Shown: positions 1-14,100 of the stretch, piece by piece
Layout of the letters: every line of letters starts with the position of its first letter
Numbering within the stretch: the stretch's first letter is position 1
Assembly: GCA_965644315.1 (NCBI GenBank)
Contig: CBFFRQ010000089.1
Coordinates: 806,001-870,000 of the forward strand
Source of the DNA: Caecitellus pseudoparvulus
Lineage: Eukaryota; Protista; Bigyra: Bicosoecida
Direction of reading: 5' to 3'
DNA: 64,000 nucleotides
Translations under genes and position numbers: made by a program
Notes under the pieces: model-generated
What the model saw: only the letters and a program-made list of their open reading frames with translations
What the model was told of the DNA's origin: nothing
Database searches by the model: none

Positions 1-1827
1 GCGTCTGCCGTGCAGCGCACCCTGGATGCTGTCAGTGGCGGCCGCCTCTCTCGCTGCATCGCCACGGTGCTGCCCGTGTTCGAGCGCTTGGTGCGCCTGG
101 GCGAGTGTGGCAAGGTCGTCACCATTGTGCTGCGCATGGTGCAGGTGGCCGAGGCGGACGTGTTCCGACATGAACATGAAGAACAGCAAGCCCTCCTGTC
201 CCTGCTTGAGCGCGGTGTGGAGGGGGAGGGCCACCCCGTCGGCACGCGGGCGTTCAGTGCGCGCAAGCTGCTCGAAGCGTACGACGCAGACACTGCCGCT
301 GGCACCGTGCGCTCCGCTGCTCTGGAGCGCAGCTGGGCGGCTGGGCTGGTGTGTGGGGCCATGCTGCACGCGTGGCAGACAGCCCTGAGCCTCGCCAGTG
401 ACGCCGCTGCCAATGGCGCGCTGGTGCAGAAAGTCATCGCCTTCGCGCGGACACGGTCTGCGGGGCCGGAGCCCACGTCGGCTGCGCCCACTCACCGCCA
501 GTTGCTGGCGTTCCTGGCCTGCACGACGCTGGACGTCGTTCGCACGTCCCACCCGCCCCTGCACTTCGCCTTGTACTGGTGGCTCAACACGACTTCCCCC
601 GCCAACGCCACCCTGGCCACCGCCTCCGATGCGCTCAGCACGCTGCTCCTGCTGGACTCGGCCATCGTCCCGGTGTTCCTGCGTGACGGCGCCAAGGACC
701 TCCCTCGCCTGCACTTGTACTACAAGGTGCAAGGCCTGCCTGTGCTCGCTGCCCGGGTGCAACACGCGCTGTACGAGAACACACGGGACACGGAGGTGGC
801 CCTGGCTCACTTGCAACAGGCTGTGCAGGAGCTGGAGGCGGTGCAGGCTGATGCGCTGTCCGCGCAAACTGACATCAGCGGGGTCGTCGCGCGCTGGCGT
901 GGGGAGCTGGCCGAGGCCACCCTGCAGAGCGGCATCCTTGCGAGCCTCACCGCCCGCCTGCAGCGTGGGGATGGCTCTGGTGCTGCGGCACCGCTGGCCG
1001 AGGCGGTGACGCGCTTGCAGCACAACCGCCTGCGCCCCGACGTGCTCATGGCAGTGTGCGAGGAACTGGGCGAGGTGGGGCACCAGCTCCGCGTCCTGCA
1101 CGTCATTGGCGCCCCCCAGAATGCGCCCCTGGTGTCCATGCTGTGGGAGCAGCTCGTCGCTTCCACCGAGCGCGAGTGCCAGGCAGCCGAGGCTGGCGGC
1201 GGAGCCACAGCAGGTAGCAGGCCACACTGGCGGAGCGTCGAGGCGCAGCTCATCGGGCGCGCCGGGCAACTTGGGCGCGAACTGTACACACCCCCAGAGC
1301 AGCTGCCAGCGGGGGCATTCACAGCGTTTCCAGTCAGCACGGTTGTCAGGGTGCTGGAGGAGCATGCGGTCGTTGCGGGCTGGGTGCGGTCTCCGGACTA
1401 CGATTGTGGGTGGGTGGCCCTGCAAGTGCTGGGTGAGGCGGGCGTGCCGTGGCTGGAGCGCTACCATGCGTACGCGGACCTCCTGGACCAGCGCTCGGCA
1501 GCTGATGCCACCACGCTCACGCTCATCCGTGCCACGCTGACTCTGGTCAAGGCGTGGGTGGAGGCTGCAAGCGCTCCACACAGCGGGGCCGCCACGGGGG
1601 AGCATGGCGCGCAAGTGCGGCACACCCTGTACGGCGCTGCGAACGGCATTCTGGGGGCACTGCAAGGGTGGTCTAGGCGAGTGGCTGCCGCCTGCGATGC
1701 CGTCGTGGATGTCCAAGCCAACGCAGAGGAAGAGGAGGCAGCTGTGAAACGTACGCGTGCGGCGCTTCGGGAGTTCTTGCAGAGGTGGGGCGGCATGGGC
1801 GGCGCGGGGGGTGGCTCGCTCTTGTAA
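1..1827 (+). CDS. NUP155: Nucleoporin Nup155/Nup170-like, C-terminal part (5'-partial)
   Basis: Frame is open from the window start. Ordered motifs LHFALYWWL, LHLYYKVQG..AARV, LAEATLQSGIL, LRVLHVIG..LVSMLWEQLV, LGRELY..AFPVSTVVRVLE and GWVALQVLGEAGVPW..Y..Y follow the Nup155 C-terminal solenoid pattern as I recall it. Confidence 0.75.
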   Translation, partial: ASAVQRTLDAVSGGRLSRCIATVLPVFERLVRLGECGKVVTIVLRMVQVAEADVFRHEHEEQQALLSLLERGVEGEGHPVGTRAFSARKLLEAYDADTAAGTVRSAALERSWAAGLVCGAMLHAWQTALSLASDAAANGALVQKVIAFARTRSAGPEPTSAAPTHRQLLAFLACTTLDVVRTSHPPLHFALYWWLNTTSPANATLATASDALSTLLLLDSAIVPVFLRDGAKDLPRLHLYYKVQGLPVLAARVQHALYENTRDTEVALAHLQQAVQELEAVQADALSAQTDISGVVARWRGELAEATLQSGILASLTARLQRGDGSGAAAPLAEAVTRLQHNRLRPDVLMAVCEELGEVGHQLRVLHVIGAPQNAPLVSMLWEQLVASTERECQAAEAGGGATAGSRPHWRSVEAQLIGRAGQLGRELYTPPEQLPAGAFTAFPVSTVVRVLEEHAVVAGWVRSPDYDCGWVALQVLGEAGVPWLERYHAYADLLDQRSAADATTLTLIRATLTLVKAWVEAASAPHSGAATGEHGAQVRHTLYGAANGILGALQGWSRRVAAACDAVVDVQANAEEEEAAVKRTRAALREFLQRWGGMGGAGGGSLL

Positions 1828-2110
1828 AGCGGTGCAAGTGCGCAATGCAAGGCATTATCCTGTGTTGCAGAGGTTGGAACCCTCATTCCCTTGCACCATG
1901 TGCGCCATGCTCTTTTCACAAAGTTCTCTCGAGAGCCGAAGAATTCGCGAATGAGTGTGCAGGCTGCCGCTCCCCACCCACCAGGCATTCTGCAAAGCCT
2001 CATGGCGCATGAATGCTGGGTTGATTGGCACAACATGTATGAATGAATGTCATGCATTTACTGCCAAGCCCCTGGCAGCGGGTGAAGTCTTTGCAAAGCC
2101 ACGCGCCACT

Positions 2111-5100
2111 TCAGGACTCTTGGAGCTGAGCTACCACTTGAGGCCAATACTGACGAATGGCTGCATCGATAGTCGACTGCGTCGGGGCAAGGTCGTCCAT
2201 GAATGAGGAAGAGAAGTGACACTCCTCCCCATACACGTGCAACTGCTGAAGATCAATGTCGGGAGGCTCAGACCCAGACAACCTGCCGCCAGCGTCGACG
2301 ATTCCCCTGGCATGCAACCCCAGGATGGCCACCCAGCAATCTTTCAGAGGGCAACTGTCAGTCTCGGCTGCGGTGGACTCTTCTTGCTGCCCAGTCCCTG
2401 CCGAAAATGTGCCGATCGCTGTGGACATGGTGGACTGACTGTGCTGGTCCTCGGCACGCGAACCATCAGAGCCGCCCAGAACGGGAGCGGACAGCTGAGA
2501 CAAACTTGCAGCCATGACGTCGCCCCTGGGCGCATCTGCCGTGTCCTCTTCACGGGTGCGCTTGCTGCCGCCCGTGACACTGCTAGCCTCTGGCGATAAG
2601 GACTGTCCCGGGGACACTTCGGGGCTGCTGCAACGCAGCAAGCTTTCCACGTCCAAGCAGGATCCCAAGGCGGTGCTCGACAGCGCAGCAACAAGAGTAG
2701 CCCAGGAAAGCAAGGGGCTGAATGCATCAGTGTCCGCATGCACGTCCCACAAGCCCCCAGCTCCAAGCACGCCCAGCTCAGTAGCGACCATAACAGGATC
2801 ACACAAGCCCACGCAGCACTTGCCAAGAAGCTCCACCACATCTGAGCGCCGTAACCCTACTGGCTCCGGAGATGCAACACCAGGCTCTGTATCTCTGCAT
2901 ACCTTGAACGCTGCAGGCAAGTGGGCCGGGTGCTCTACCTCTGCTCCCAGCTGCAATGCCGTGTTGTGCACCCCGCTGCCCCTGGCTGGGCCTTGCAACA
3001 GCGCTAAAGTGGCGGCATCTGCGCGAAGCAGGCCAATGGCAGTTGCAACGTGGCCGTTGGCTGCGTGGCGCAAGTGAGCGGCGTCAAGGGCCCCCCAACT
3101 GCCCACGGGCGGCCCTTGCGCCTGTACAACCCACGTGCTGGCAAACGTCTCAGAGGCCACGGCATGGACACCCCAGGCAGGAGAAAAGCTTGACGGCGCC
3201 TGTGCTGTTTCTGCCCCCTTGCCTTGCACGTAGCCAACCATGGCATCACAGAGAGCGGCGTCTTGAACTGGGGTTTCCAGCGCCGTCGCGGGGCTCTTGC
3301 AAGACAGCAGCTGGGGAAGGGGAAGCTGCCAGATTGGGGCCAGCATCGCTTGCTGCTCTTGACCCTTCCAGCAGTTCTCAAAGGCTTCGGCATTGTCGGA
3401 CAGCGCAGCGGATAGTGGAGTCAGGTGTTGGAAGATGCCGCGGATGCCTAGCTTCTCCTGCAGCAGCCCGGAGGCCTGCTTCATAGCACGGGAGAAGTCC
3501 ATTCCCGCTTCAGCCGCGATGAACTCGCCTCGAGCGGCAAGGACTCGCAGAGAGGCCTGCAGGGGTTCTGTCTGGGCCTTCACGTCTCGCACCTCCGCAG
3601 CAGCAGCCTCTGGGGTATCGTACACCCGGCATCGGACGAGGCGCAGCAGCGCTGCTTCACTCTGCTCAGGGTGGGCCATGAAGCCTCTGAGCATGGAGCT
3701 GGCCGCTCGTGCCTGCTGCAGTGTTGGCGACGGGTACAAGGCCGACTCCCCCTGTCTCAGCACGATGAAGCTCGCCGCATGCCGCAACGACTTAGTCAAA
3801 CACGCGTGGTGAGAGGCGTCCAACGCTGCCCGCTGGACAAGCAGGTGGCGGCGGAGCACCTGCCCGTGGCAGCGGTGAAATGTCCCAGGAAGCAGCGACT
3901 GCAGGCGATCCCAGACGTACTCAGCTACCGCACAAGTTGGTCCAAGGAGGGCTTGGTTGCTGTGGAGGCGGTGCCTCTCAAGGGCCAATCCCCGCAGGCA
4001 CTTCTTCAGCGAGGATGCCCTGACTTTGGCAGAGACAATTCCGCTGCCGCCACATAGATCTAGCTGCAGCCGTTTTACAGCTGCGGTGCGATTGTTGACA
4101 AGCTCATGCTGGTAGGCAAGGGCCTTTGCCCAGCGTCGGGCGTGCCAGAGCTCCCTGAAGGAATGCCTGAGCAGGTGTGCAAGGACACTGGACTGAGCCT
4201 CCAGCCAGGCTGCCCCAGCAGAGCTAGTGTCACACACCGACAGCAGCAGGGCCCAAATATGGCAAACTTGTCCAGATCGAGCCGTTACGTAGGCAGGGGT
4301 GGCAGGGTCCTGCTCACTTCCCAGCAAGCTGGCAGCGCGGGATGATAGCAGACTCACGATGGCAGGCATGAGAGTTGTGCACGCAATGCGAGGAGCATTC
4401 GACCCATACTGATGCAGCTGGGACTCCAAGTGCATCAGCTCCGACATGAACCCATCATTCGACGCCTTGCCGGGCTGAGCGGGGGGCGCCCACATCGGCA
4501 CGACGCCCGGCGTGCAAGCCAAGAGATCTGGGAGCCACTCATCCAGGGTATCGTGCAGGGCCCAGCTACACTCCTGGCTGGCCACATGCCAGTTGATGGT
4601 AGCGAGAATTTCCTGCTCCAGCGTTGTTGGGTCTGCGTACCCTGGCAATGCATCCGACGCCACCTCAGATGTAGAGGGGGGATCAATGAGGCCGGCGAGC
4701 TGAAACAACAGGGGCTGTCGCACGGCACAGCCACCGCTCGCAGGCAACTTCAAAGACTGCGGCGGACTGGACTCTGACGAGCGCCCTGAGTTGCACTGAA
4801 GTGCCGCAGCCGCTGTCAGCTCCGAAGCTGCCGCATGTACGTCCCCTTCCTGCAGCCGCAGCATCGACATCACCACGTGCAGCTCTGCTGCCGCAAGAGT
4901 CGATGACTCAAGTGCGGCTGAAGCCACTGCTGCTTGACGGTACTCTGTCGATACACGGCTTTGCAGAGCCCGTCGCGCTTGCAGCCACCTTGCCCTGGCA
5001 TCCACCACGCACTCAACATCCAACCGGCAGCTGGAGGGGTGCACCCCTGTCGTGGCAGACTGAGACGTGCCCACCCTTGGCGCCGGACCAAGAATGGTTT

Positions 5101-8100
5101 CTGCCATGCTCCACTGCATGCTGCTCGGAGCATGCGCCTGCAAAGCGGCAAGACCAGCTTTCGTGGCGGCCTGCAGCTGCTGGCCGCCAGTTCCCGCCAC
5201 AGCATGCTCTGCGGGCAGCATGAGCGTCGCAAAGGCAAGGACCAAGTTCGGCGCTGCCTTTCCTGCCAATCGCCCCAGCGCTTCGGCCAGTCGCACCTTG
5301 GGGTCGCACACTCCCGATGGCGCGGCACCAAGTTGGGAGCCAGCCACAATAGTGGGATTCAAAAACGGTGCCAGGGCTCGAGGGGGCACCTGCAATCGCC
5401 ACTCTCCACGTTCATGGCCTCGTACGTGTGTTGACCTTTCCTGGGTCTGGGGAGTAGACTTGAGCTGAGGAAGCTGCAGAGCTGCGTGGGTGGCGGCCAG
5501 CATGCCTTCCCGGTCCACTGGGCTCAGTTGGCTGCTAGGGTTGCTGAGGAGCTCGGACAGCGCGCGCAGGGTCTGCTCGCGCTGGTCACTGCGCAGCGCT
5601 TGCCTTGCTCGGATGTGGGCAGCCGCTTGCGCCGCAGCCTCCTGGACACCCTGTCCCCCGCTTGAATCCGCGCGGCCGGGCAGGGCCGCTGAAAGCTGGG
5701 CTTGCTGCAGAGGCGTGAAATCGCCCCATACAAAGCCTTCAGATGGGCGAAGGTGCGAGATGCACACCGCGAGGGAGTGGATGAGCCCCTCCGCTAGGTT
5801 TTCAAGCCTTGTCGCCTTGCTGGTGGGCAATCGGTCAGCCGCGAACTCAAGCCGTTGTGCCACTCTTGACAGTTGGGGAACGGGACAGGGCTGGGGGAAT
5901 TGAGCAGCGGCTGCCGGCGACAGGCGGCCCTGGACAATGCGACATGGTTGCCATGAGGCTCCACCTGTGCTTTCTTCTTTTGCAGACTGCAAGATACTTT
6001 GCCAGATGGCCGCTTTCATTTCGGCAAAGTCGGCCAGGTCTTGCAACTGGACGGAGGGAGCAGAGTCGCCTGCGTTGTGGTGGCCAAGCACGCTCTGCAG
6101 GACCTGTGCTTGTCCTGAGGAATTCAACGAGTCGCTGGGGGGATCGATGGTCCTGAATGCCGCTTGGCAAGCAGCGGTCAGCACTGGCAACAAGTCAACA
6201 GGCAGGGGTTGTGGTTTCAAGCTGTCCCACATTGCCAACGTCAACTGGGCAAGGGCGGAGGCAGTGGCAGGAAACGTGGCTCGAAAGAGGGGGGAGGGGC
6301 TCTCACATACAGGGGATACGATTTGAGCGTCAGTCGCCAGACCAGTCACAGCAGCGTGGCTGGCCATGGCGAGGGGCAGCTGCACCGCAACGGTGCCGCT
6401 GCCGCCAGGCGCGCGCTGTTGTTGAGGAGAAAAGGAGCGGCTTTCAGCATCCAGCACTGCCTTTGTGAGTGCTCTCGTCCTCGCCAAGCTGTCTGCAGAA
6501 AGCAGGGCCGCACTTGCTGAGGCCGCATCTCGAGCAGTCGGCACTTCACGCTCGTGAAGCCGAAACGATGGTCCCACCTGATTCCTCAGCGCCCACAACC
6601 CAGTCAAGGCCAAGTGGGCTGCTCCAGAAGCCCACATGAATGGAGCCAAGGCAGGGGCATGGGCGATGGCGGCTGCTGCAGCCCTGGCGTTTTGCACTGC
6701 GACGTTGCTGGGCAGGGCACACGCTCTATGCATGCAAGACGTCAGCGCAGCCGCGCAGCAGCACAAGCTCGAGAGAAGTTGTGGAACCAAGGAAATCTGG
6801 CGGTCAGTGACTTCCCCCTCCTCAGGGGGGCACACCAGTGCACTTGCCGCAGGGGAAGGTCGCACCTGGATCTGCAACGGGTCGTCTGCGCTGCTACCGT
6901 CAGATGCATCCAGAGCTGCAGCAGTCAAGCTGGAGCCGAGCAAGGACTGGGCCAGGGGGGAGCTTGTCAGTTGAACAAGTGGCACGAGGGGAGCTTGGCC
7001 GTCTGGGCCTTGAAGCAGGGCAAAGCGCGCAGTACCCACAGTGGCAAGGCCCTGGATGGCGGGCCTAAGCAAGCACAGCACGCCGGGAATCGTGCCATCC
7101 ATGTCTTCCAGTCGGACCAAGGGCTGCAAGCTGGCTGGCCGTTGCGCTTGGCGAGGCATGACGGCTTCAACGGCGCAGGCACAGACTGTAGGGTTGGCCG
7201 TGAAAGTCCCCAACTCCGCCAAGAGCCGAGACATTGTGCCTTGTGGCGTGTGGGGAAACCCACCCTGAACGGAAACTGGTGGTGCCTGTCGCTGAATGAG
7301 GCGATGCAGCGCAAAGACAAGGCCTGGCTGCGCAAAGGCCGGCGGCAGGGGCTCCAAGAAGTAACCATGCGCTGTTGCTGCACTCAAATCCGGCGGCAAA
7401 CTGTCACTTGGTAGAGTCGCCAGCGCGGCCATGCAAACCTGCACAAGGAACCGCGCCAGTTGGCCTGCTGTGACGGCCGGAAGAGTGAGCTGGGCCACCT
7501 CTTCACGCTGCCTGAGCTCCGAACCCCACAAGCCCTCCAGCAGGGGCAAGTCTTCAGGAGCCAGACACCCACAAGCCAAACCATGTTGCACGCACAAACG
7601 GGCCTCTTGTGATGCGCTGTGCATGTCGCCCTGCGCAAGGCAGGCTTGGAGCGCACACGCAGCCTTCTGCATGGCTGAAGTGTGGTCCTCCAGAATGCTG
7701 CCAAGCCGCACTGCGAATCTACACAGCGCGGAAGCTGTTGCGCGACGGAGATTTACACGAATATTCTCGGAGCACGCCACGAACGCGCCGACCCTGCGCT
7801 GGAGAGCTTCTGGCATGTCCAGGTCAATCTGCTGGGGCTCTGTCACTGCCCGAGGAAGGAAGGGCTTCACAGCTGCGAGCATGGGGCAGAGCATGTCGGG
7901 GCCTCCGATGCGATCATAGAAGAGCATGAATGCTGAGGTGGGGCGGAACACCCGCCTTCCGCGACTCATGCACGTCCCGCCATAGCACATGGTCTGAAAG
8001 AAACTGTCATCGGGCATGACCGTGACTGACTCATCGTTAAAGCAAAACCATCGGGGCTTTTCTGGTGCTGGCGCTCCATGTGGCCCTTCTGGAAGCCCAG

Positions 8101-11100
8101 CGTCAGGGTGAGACTGCAGGGCAAAGGGATTCAGGCCCATGCGTCGGCGGGTGTCTGACGCTCGCTCCCGAATGTAGCTGAAGTAGTGCCCGCCCAGCGC
8201 AGATCCAGAGTGCACCAGTACGCCCCGCAGCTCGTACGCGCAATCAGACTTGGAAGCAGGTTCCACCCCTGCAGGTTCTGACGCGGTGGCCAAGGAGTCA
8301 CCACTTCGAGCGGGGGTTGCAGCTGGGGGCTCTGTGCCCTCAGCTTGTGCGAGGCCAGCGCGGGTGTACGGCCAAACATTCAACGAGAGCGGAAACGTCA
8401 GTTCGTCGTAGACTTTCTCCTTCGTAAACGTTTCAAAGTTCAGTCGAAATCGCTTCAGTTGCACGACGAGCATGGCTGGGAGGCGATGCAGAACGATGCG
8501 CTTCAGCACTGAAATCCGCTCGCCCGAGTCGAGCTTGTACGCGTTGTCCCCAGACAGCACCTCGCCGCTGCAGAACCCGGCAAGGGATTGAGACAAGTCC
8601 TCCATGCCCTCAACGGCAACTTGCAGGCACGAGAAGGCCTCCTCGCGCTCCGAGACAAACGTTGACCCCTCCTGCCCGATGAGCTGGTTCACGAACGCGC
8701 CCCCAAGGCAAGCGTCAATGAGGTTTGGAGGCAGTGGCGGCACAGGGGGGGCTGGTTGCTCCACATCTGGGCTGGGTTGAGAGACGGAGTCCCCTTTTGA
8801 GGCTTCTGCTTGTGTGTGTGCGAGCACTCTAGACGGGTCTGCCGGGAAAGCTGTGCCCAGGCGATCCACAAGCAGGCCAAAGAACTCTGCGGCATCATTC
8901 TGTTCGAACACTGGGAAGTCCAGCCGGAAAAAGTCCGACGGCTCTGCTGCAAAGGCCTGCACGAGCTGAAGGGGGTCAAGGCAAACGGTGTCGGGCTCTG
9001 ACAGCCTTGCGAAAAGCAGCTGCAGCTGGTCCCGAAGACCCCGCAAAGCACCTTCCCACTTGTGCCCTGCCAAGTGCGTCGGTGGGGGGGCACTCAGCAC
9101 CGCCACGCGCATGGCCGGAGACATGAACAGCTGCTGAAGCAGCGAGTTCTGATAGCAGGTGGCCCCTTGGTTCACGAGGCCAACGTAGGGCACTTGGTCC
9201 GAGGCACTGCCTCCTTCCTCCACATACTCAGCATTGGTCGCTTCCTCAGCGCAGTCCTTCAAACATGTTACGTACACATCCATCTCCTGGGCGGCCACTG
9301 CTTCGCTGGCATCGATCGGTTGCAGCACGTGCCGTGGCACTGGCTGCTGCCGGTCCCTCCTCACGCCGGGCGCCCGCGCCAACAGCCCCTGGATGGCACC
9401 ACTCACGTTTTTGGCAGAGAGCTCGGCAGTGGCCAAGCGCGAGATCACAAAGGAGGCAGCTTCAAGTCCTGTCACCGAAGGGAGGAAATGTGGGGACCTG
9501 CCAAGATGCACGACGCCCCAACAGCGCCCGAGCAGCTCCGACAGTGAGCCTGGATCCATTGGCTTGAACGAGTGCAAACACATGCACTCCACCATGAGAA
9601 ACAGTGCAGTATCACAGAGGCTACAGAGGGATGCTGGGAGGGTGGGGGGGTGCCGGCGAAGCATCTGCACGTCGCTTGGCGCTGGGTCCACTTCTACCAA
9701 GGCCCTAGCAGCATCCAAGCTACGCCGGAGGAGGGCCTCCGCCGCGCTGAATGCCGATGCTGCGATGCTCATGGCAGCAGACTTCTCGTCATCTGTCACT
9801 GAGGGCACACTGTGAAGCAGCCCGCGTAACACCTGCGCTTGCGTGAGGCCAAGCCAAGGTCGATCTGCCTCTTCATCAACGTCGCCTCCCGTCCCTATCG
9901 GAAGCTCACAAATACCGAGAACGCATGCTAAAGGCAGTGTCACACACGATAAAGCTCCGCGGTGGATGATCGTGGCAGCTGGCACCCTATCAGCATGCGC
10001 GGCCGGCTGCATACCCGAAACGATACTCTCCAGCTCATGCACAGCAGCCCGGGCCGCTTGGAGTCGGCAAGTCGGACTGATCAGCAGTTGCTGTTCAATA
10101 CAGCACCTAATGCACTCGCGCAGTGATATCTCAGACTGCCACGCAAAAGCTGCTTGAGAATGCAGCGATTGGAGGCAGGCCTCACCCTGTCCGATGTCAG
10201 CCAGGGGAAGGCTGCCTGCACCGACCACGGGGGACATGACCCAGCAAATGGCGCGTTGAAGCTGGCGCTCAGATGCTGCATCTGATGTGAGCTCGGTGGA
10301 GGAAAAAAGCCGTCGCAGCAGCTCAGCCGCAGCCTCTGCTGTTTGGCCCTGCATCGCCTGTGACGTGTCGCGGGAAGCACCTGCACCAGACTTGCAAGCA
10401 GCCAAAGCCAGGCGCAGCAAGCCTCCGGAGCTATTTCCTGAGCTGTCGCCCAGAGCAAGGGACCACAAAATTGTCTGTACATGCTCCATGAGCGTGGGTG
10501 GGATACCGGCAGTGTATGGCCGGGCTGCCATCGCTGCCATCGCTGCCTCTGCAGCAGCAACGCTGTGTGCCGCCTCGTCGCCAGTCGAGTCAAGTGACTC
10601 CTCCCCCTGGGACCCTTGAGTGAGCCTGTTGGGCTGACTTGTGATGCAGGGCCGCGTGAGAGTTGCCTGCACCGCACGAAGGACTGCTGCTCTCTTCAGC
10701 TCGCACGAAGTGCCACCCCTACCTGCCGCAGCTGCCGCAAGGAGAGCTTCCAGATGGCCACCAGACAACATAGCTTGGCGCAGCTGTTGAGGTGTGCCGA
10801 ATGACCGCCTCCAAGCCGGGTGGTCCACGGGCGGGGTCAACATGCTGCACATGGTCTGCAGCATGTAGATGCTGGGAAAGCCACCTGAAAGCCAAATAGG
10901 TGTGCCAGACGCAGCGGCCTGGCCCTGTGGCGAGAGAAGCTCGCCCCAGTGCGTGGGCGCCAGGTGCATGCCTTGCTCCATCGCAGCGTGGGCAGTGGGA
11001 AGCAGGGTGGACAGCATGCGGGCTGCAAGAATCGCGGAGGCTTGTTGCAGCGATAGTCTGCCTCTGCTCGTCGCCTCCATGAGTGAGGTGTCCCACTTCC

Positions 11101-14100
11101 CTGCCGATGAAGTGCCATACCTGCCCCAATGAGGAGATGCCAGAGGGCTGCTCCCAGCTGCCGGCAGCAGCGGATCCGGCAAGTGGTCTGCATGTGGACA
11201 CACCCCTGTGGACGTGTACGCAAGCGGATGATGCGTGTAAAGGTAGTCGACGAGATTTGAACGCCCGTCGTTTGCTTGGAAGCCGCCCAGAAGCACGAAC
11301 TGTCGAGCTGGCAAAGCCGGGGCCGCGTCATCGTCGACTGCAAAGCGCATCAGCTCGTGCTCCATGGGTGCACTCGCCGAAGCGGCAAGAAGTTGCAGCA
11401 TAGGTGTGGAGGATGCTGAAAGGCGCCCTGCCACACAGCAGTTCCAGCCCTGACTGTCAGTGTCACTCACCATCACCTCGCCACCAAGCAATGTGCTTTT
11501 CTGCTGCTCATCGAGGTACACATCTTGGTCAGGCTCGTGCAACTCGTCTGTTCGGGCCCTCTTCGGTGGGGAGGCAGTGCTTGGCGCAGCAGATACGCGA
11601 CGTTCGCGCAAGGATGCAAGTGCCGCCTCCTCAAGCCGAACCTTAACAGCGGGCACATGTGTCTCACACGCCACGGCCGGGTCAAGTCGAGAGACGTAGC
11701 GCACAGGAGGTGCCTCACCATCAGCACGGAGCCTCCAGCGATCAGAAACACCGCCGCCGAGGAGGCAAACGGGCACTGCTCCGTCCAGCTGCACCTCATT
11801 GAGCGGCATCGCCACCAGCTGCCCTACAGGATCCAGTGCAGGTCGTGACAGCCGAGCCTTGCTGAACCTCCACGACAAAGCATCAGAGCCAACGGGCAGC
11901 TGTCCATGGGCGCACAGAAGGCGCAGAGCCACGCCAAAGAGAGTATCGGCGGAAGAGATGACGATCCTACGCGATTCTGGTACGGCCGCAGCCAAGTCTG
12001 TGCCACCCGGCGTTGTGCCCTGCAAACTCACCATCACCTGGACGGGCTGAGCATGGAAGAGCACAAGGTGTGGACGGGAGGCGTGCCCTGCTATGACACT
12101 GCATGTCGACTTGGTTCCCGTCGCAGCAGATTGGGCGCCGTGCCGTTTCCAGGCGCCTGGAGTGTGCACCTGACCTTGAGTTGCGTGGCGCTCCGCGTGC
12201 CACCGACTGTAAAGCAAGCAGCGACGAAGCAGCAGCAAAGAGCGAAACGCGCCCACAGCAGGCAAAGTACCAGCCGCCGTGGCAGCGCTGCTAATGAGGT
12301 CGTGGACTCGATTAACAAGAGCTGCAGAGTCGAGCATGGTGAGAGGTGGCAGCGAGGATTGAAGCTCAGCTTTGCTTGGGAGGCTCCCGGACACTGCGGC
12401 AGCACATATCCGGTGCAGGAGCAGCGCTATCGAGCACAGCTGGCTGCCCGTTCCTCCTTCAGCATGCAGCACCAGCCCCGAACAAGTTTGCAGGGGCACT
12501 AACAGCGTGTTCATGACAGTCGGGAGAGCGGCGTCTGTGCACATGAGCAACTGCTCAACAACTTGCATCAGCAATTGGCAGGAGGGGAGGTGGGTCAAGT
12601 CACTTGGTCCCACGATCAGTGCTGTGTCGCCTGACTCAGCGGCTGTGAGAAACTGCAAGTGAAGGAATGGTGTCGCAGAAGGCGTCGGGTCAGTCGGGTG
12701 GGAAGGTATTGAAGACACTCGCTGGCGCTTCGCAGGTGAGCTTGGTGAGATATCATGCTGGCCTTCTCGGCTTCGCTTCGTGGAGCCATCAATCACGGTC
12801 CCCCTCTGCGCTGCCACAGCTGTATGTGAAGCAGGGCTTTGGAGGTTCGCCCATAAGAACGCCACGCGCAGGGCGAGCGCCCCTGCTGGGGATGCTGACT
12901 GCTGCAGCGCGAAGACCTCTTGCAGCACTTGATGAGAGACAGTGCTATCGAAACCGTGGTTCGCCTGTGTTGGAGAGCCTGTGCTGCGTGGTCCAACGAG
13001 GACGCCTCCGAGTGGGGCACTGGAGCCCAGGAGAGAAGACAAGCACAGCTGCCACACCCCGAGCGCGTTGGCCTTTGGTAGCACGGCAGCAGTGACAGCA
13101 GAAACAAGTTTCTTCGGCAGCCACAGCCGGCAACAAGCTGGTGGGCACGACGTGGAGGGCTCCCCCGGCCATTCGTGTGAGGCCACCTCGCCCACTGAGC
13201 AGGCGCACGCGGCCGCAGCACGCAGAGCAAAGGCAGCCTCACAGCGCTCCTCCCCCGGAAGTTCTTGTGCAAGTAACCTTGACGGCAAGTTCGCGTCAAG
13301 AGCGGCATGCGCGAACCACGCGGGGGCTTCACTGTCTGGCACAGCAGCACGCTTCAGCCCCACCGCCAGGGCGAGGATGGTGGCGACGGCACGCGGACAA
13401 GTAGCCGCGCGCGACATGGCGCGGCAAGCTGCTTGGATGACTGTGTAGCAGAAGGAGGACAGCACCTCTTCCGCATCCTCTGCCGCGCTGTCGATGCACT
13501 CATCGAACATGTGCACTAAACTCTGCGTCGTGCGCAGCGCTGTCTTGAGCAAGTCCACATGGCCTGAACCAGAGCAGGCGCTTCCTCCGAATGACAGAGT
13601 ATGGGAAAGGCCTTGTCCTCGCAGCGACACCAGGAGGAGCAGGGCTTCCTGCTGCGAGAGGCTCTCTTCTGCCGGCTCAAAGGCAGTCCCACCGCCTGCC
13701 ACATCGGCTGCCAAGAAGAGCCGCCAGGCCAGCGTAGCCGCAGTGGCTGTACTCCGCAGGCCCTGGGCTGCGCTTTCTGTGGCACAAATCTTGAGGGTCT
13801 CTTTCACGAAGGGCTGCAGGGAGCCTGCACGGCTGAGGAGAGGTGAGGGTGCTTGGGCTGTTGACACCAACGCCGTGTCAGATTTCCCAGACACCGGCCT
13901 CTGCGCCTGCGCCTCGCTGCCTGCTGCAGAACCAGCAGCGCCTGAAATCTGTCCATCAAGAAACACTTGCTGCACGAAGGCCAGCAGCCAGGTAACGCTG
14001 TGCTTGGACGCGTCCTGCTGCACCACGGAGTCCAACGCTCGAAGCACAGCATCTTCATCGCTGCCGTGCGCAGTCAAGCCACTGGACCAAACTGTCCACA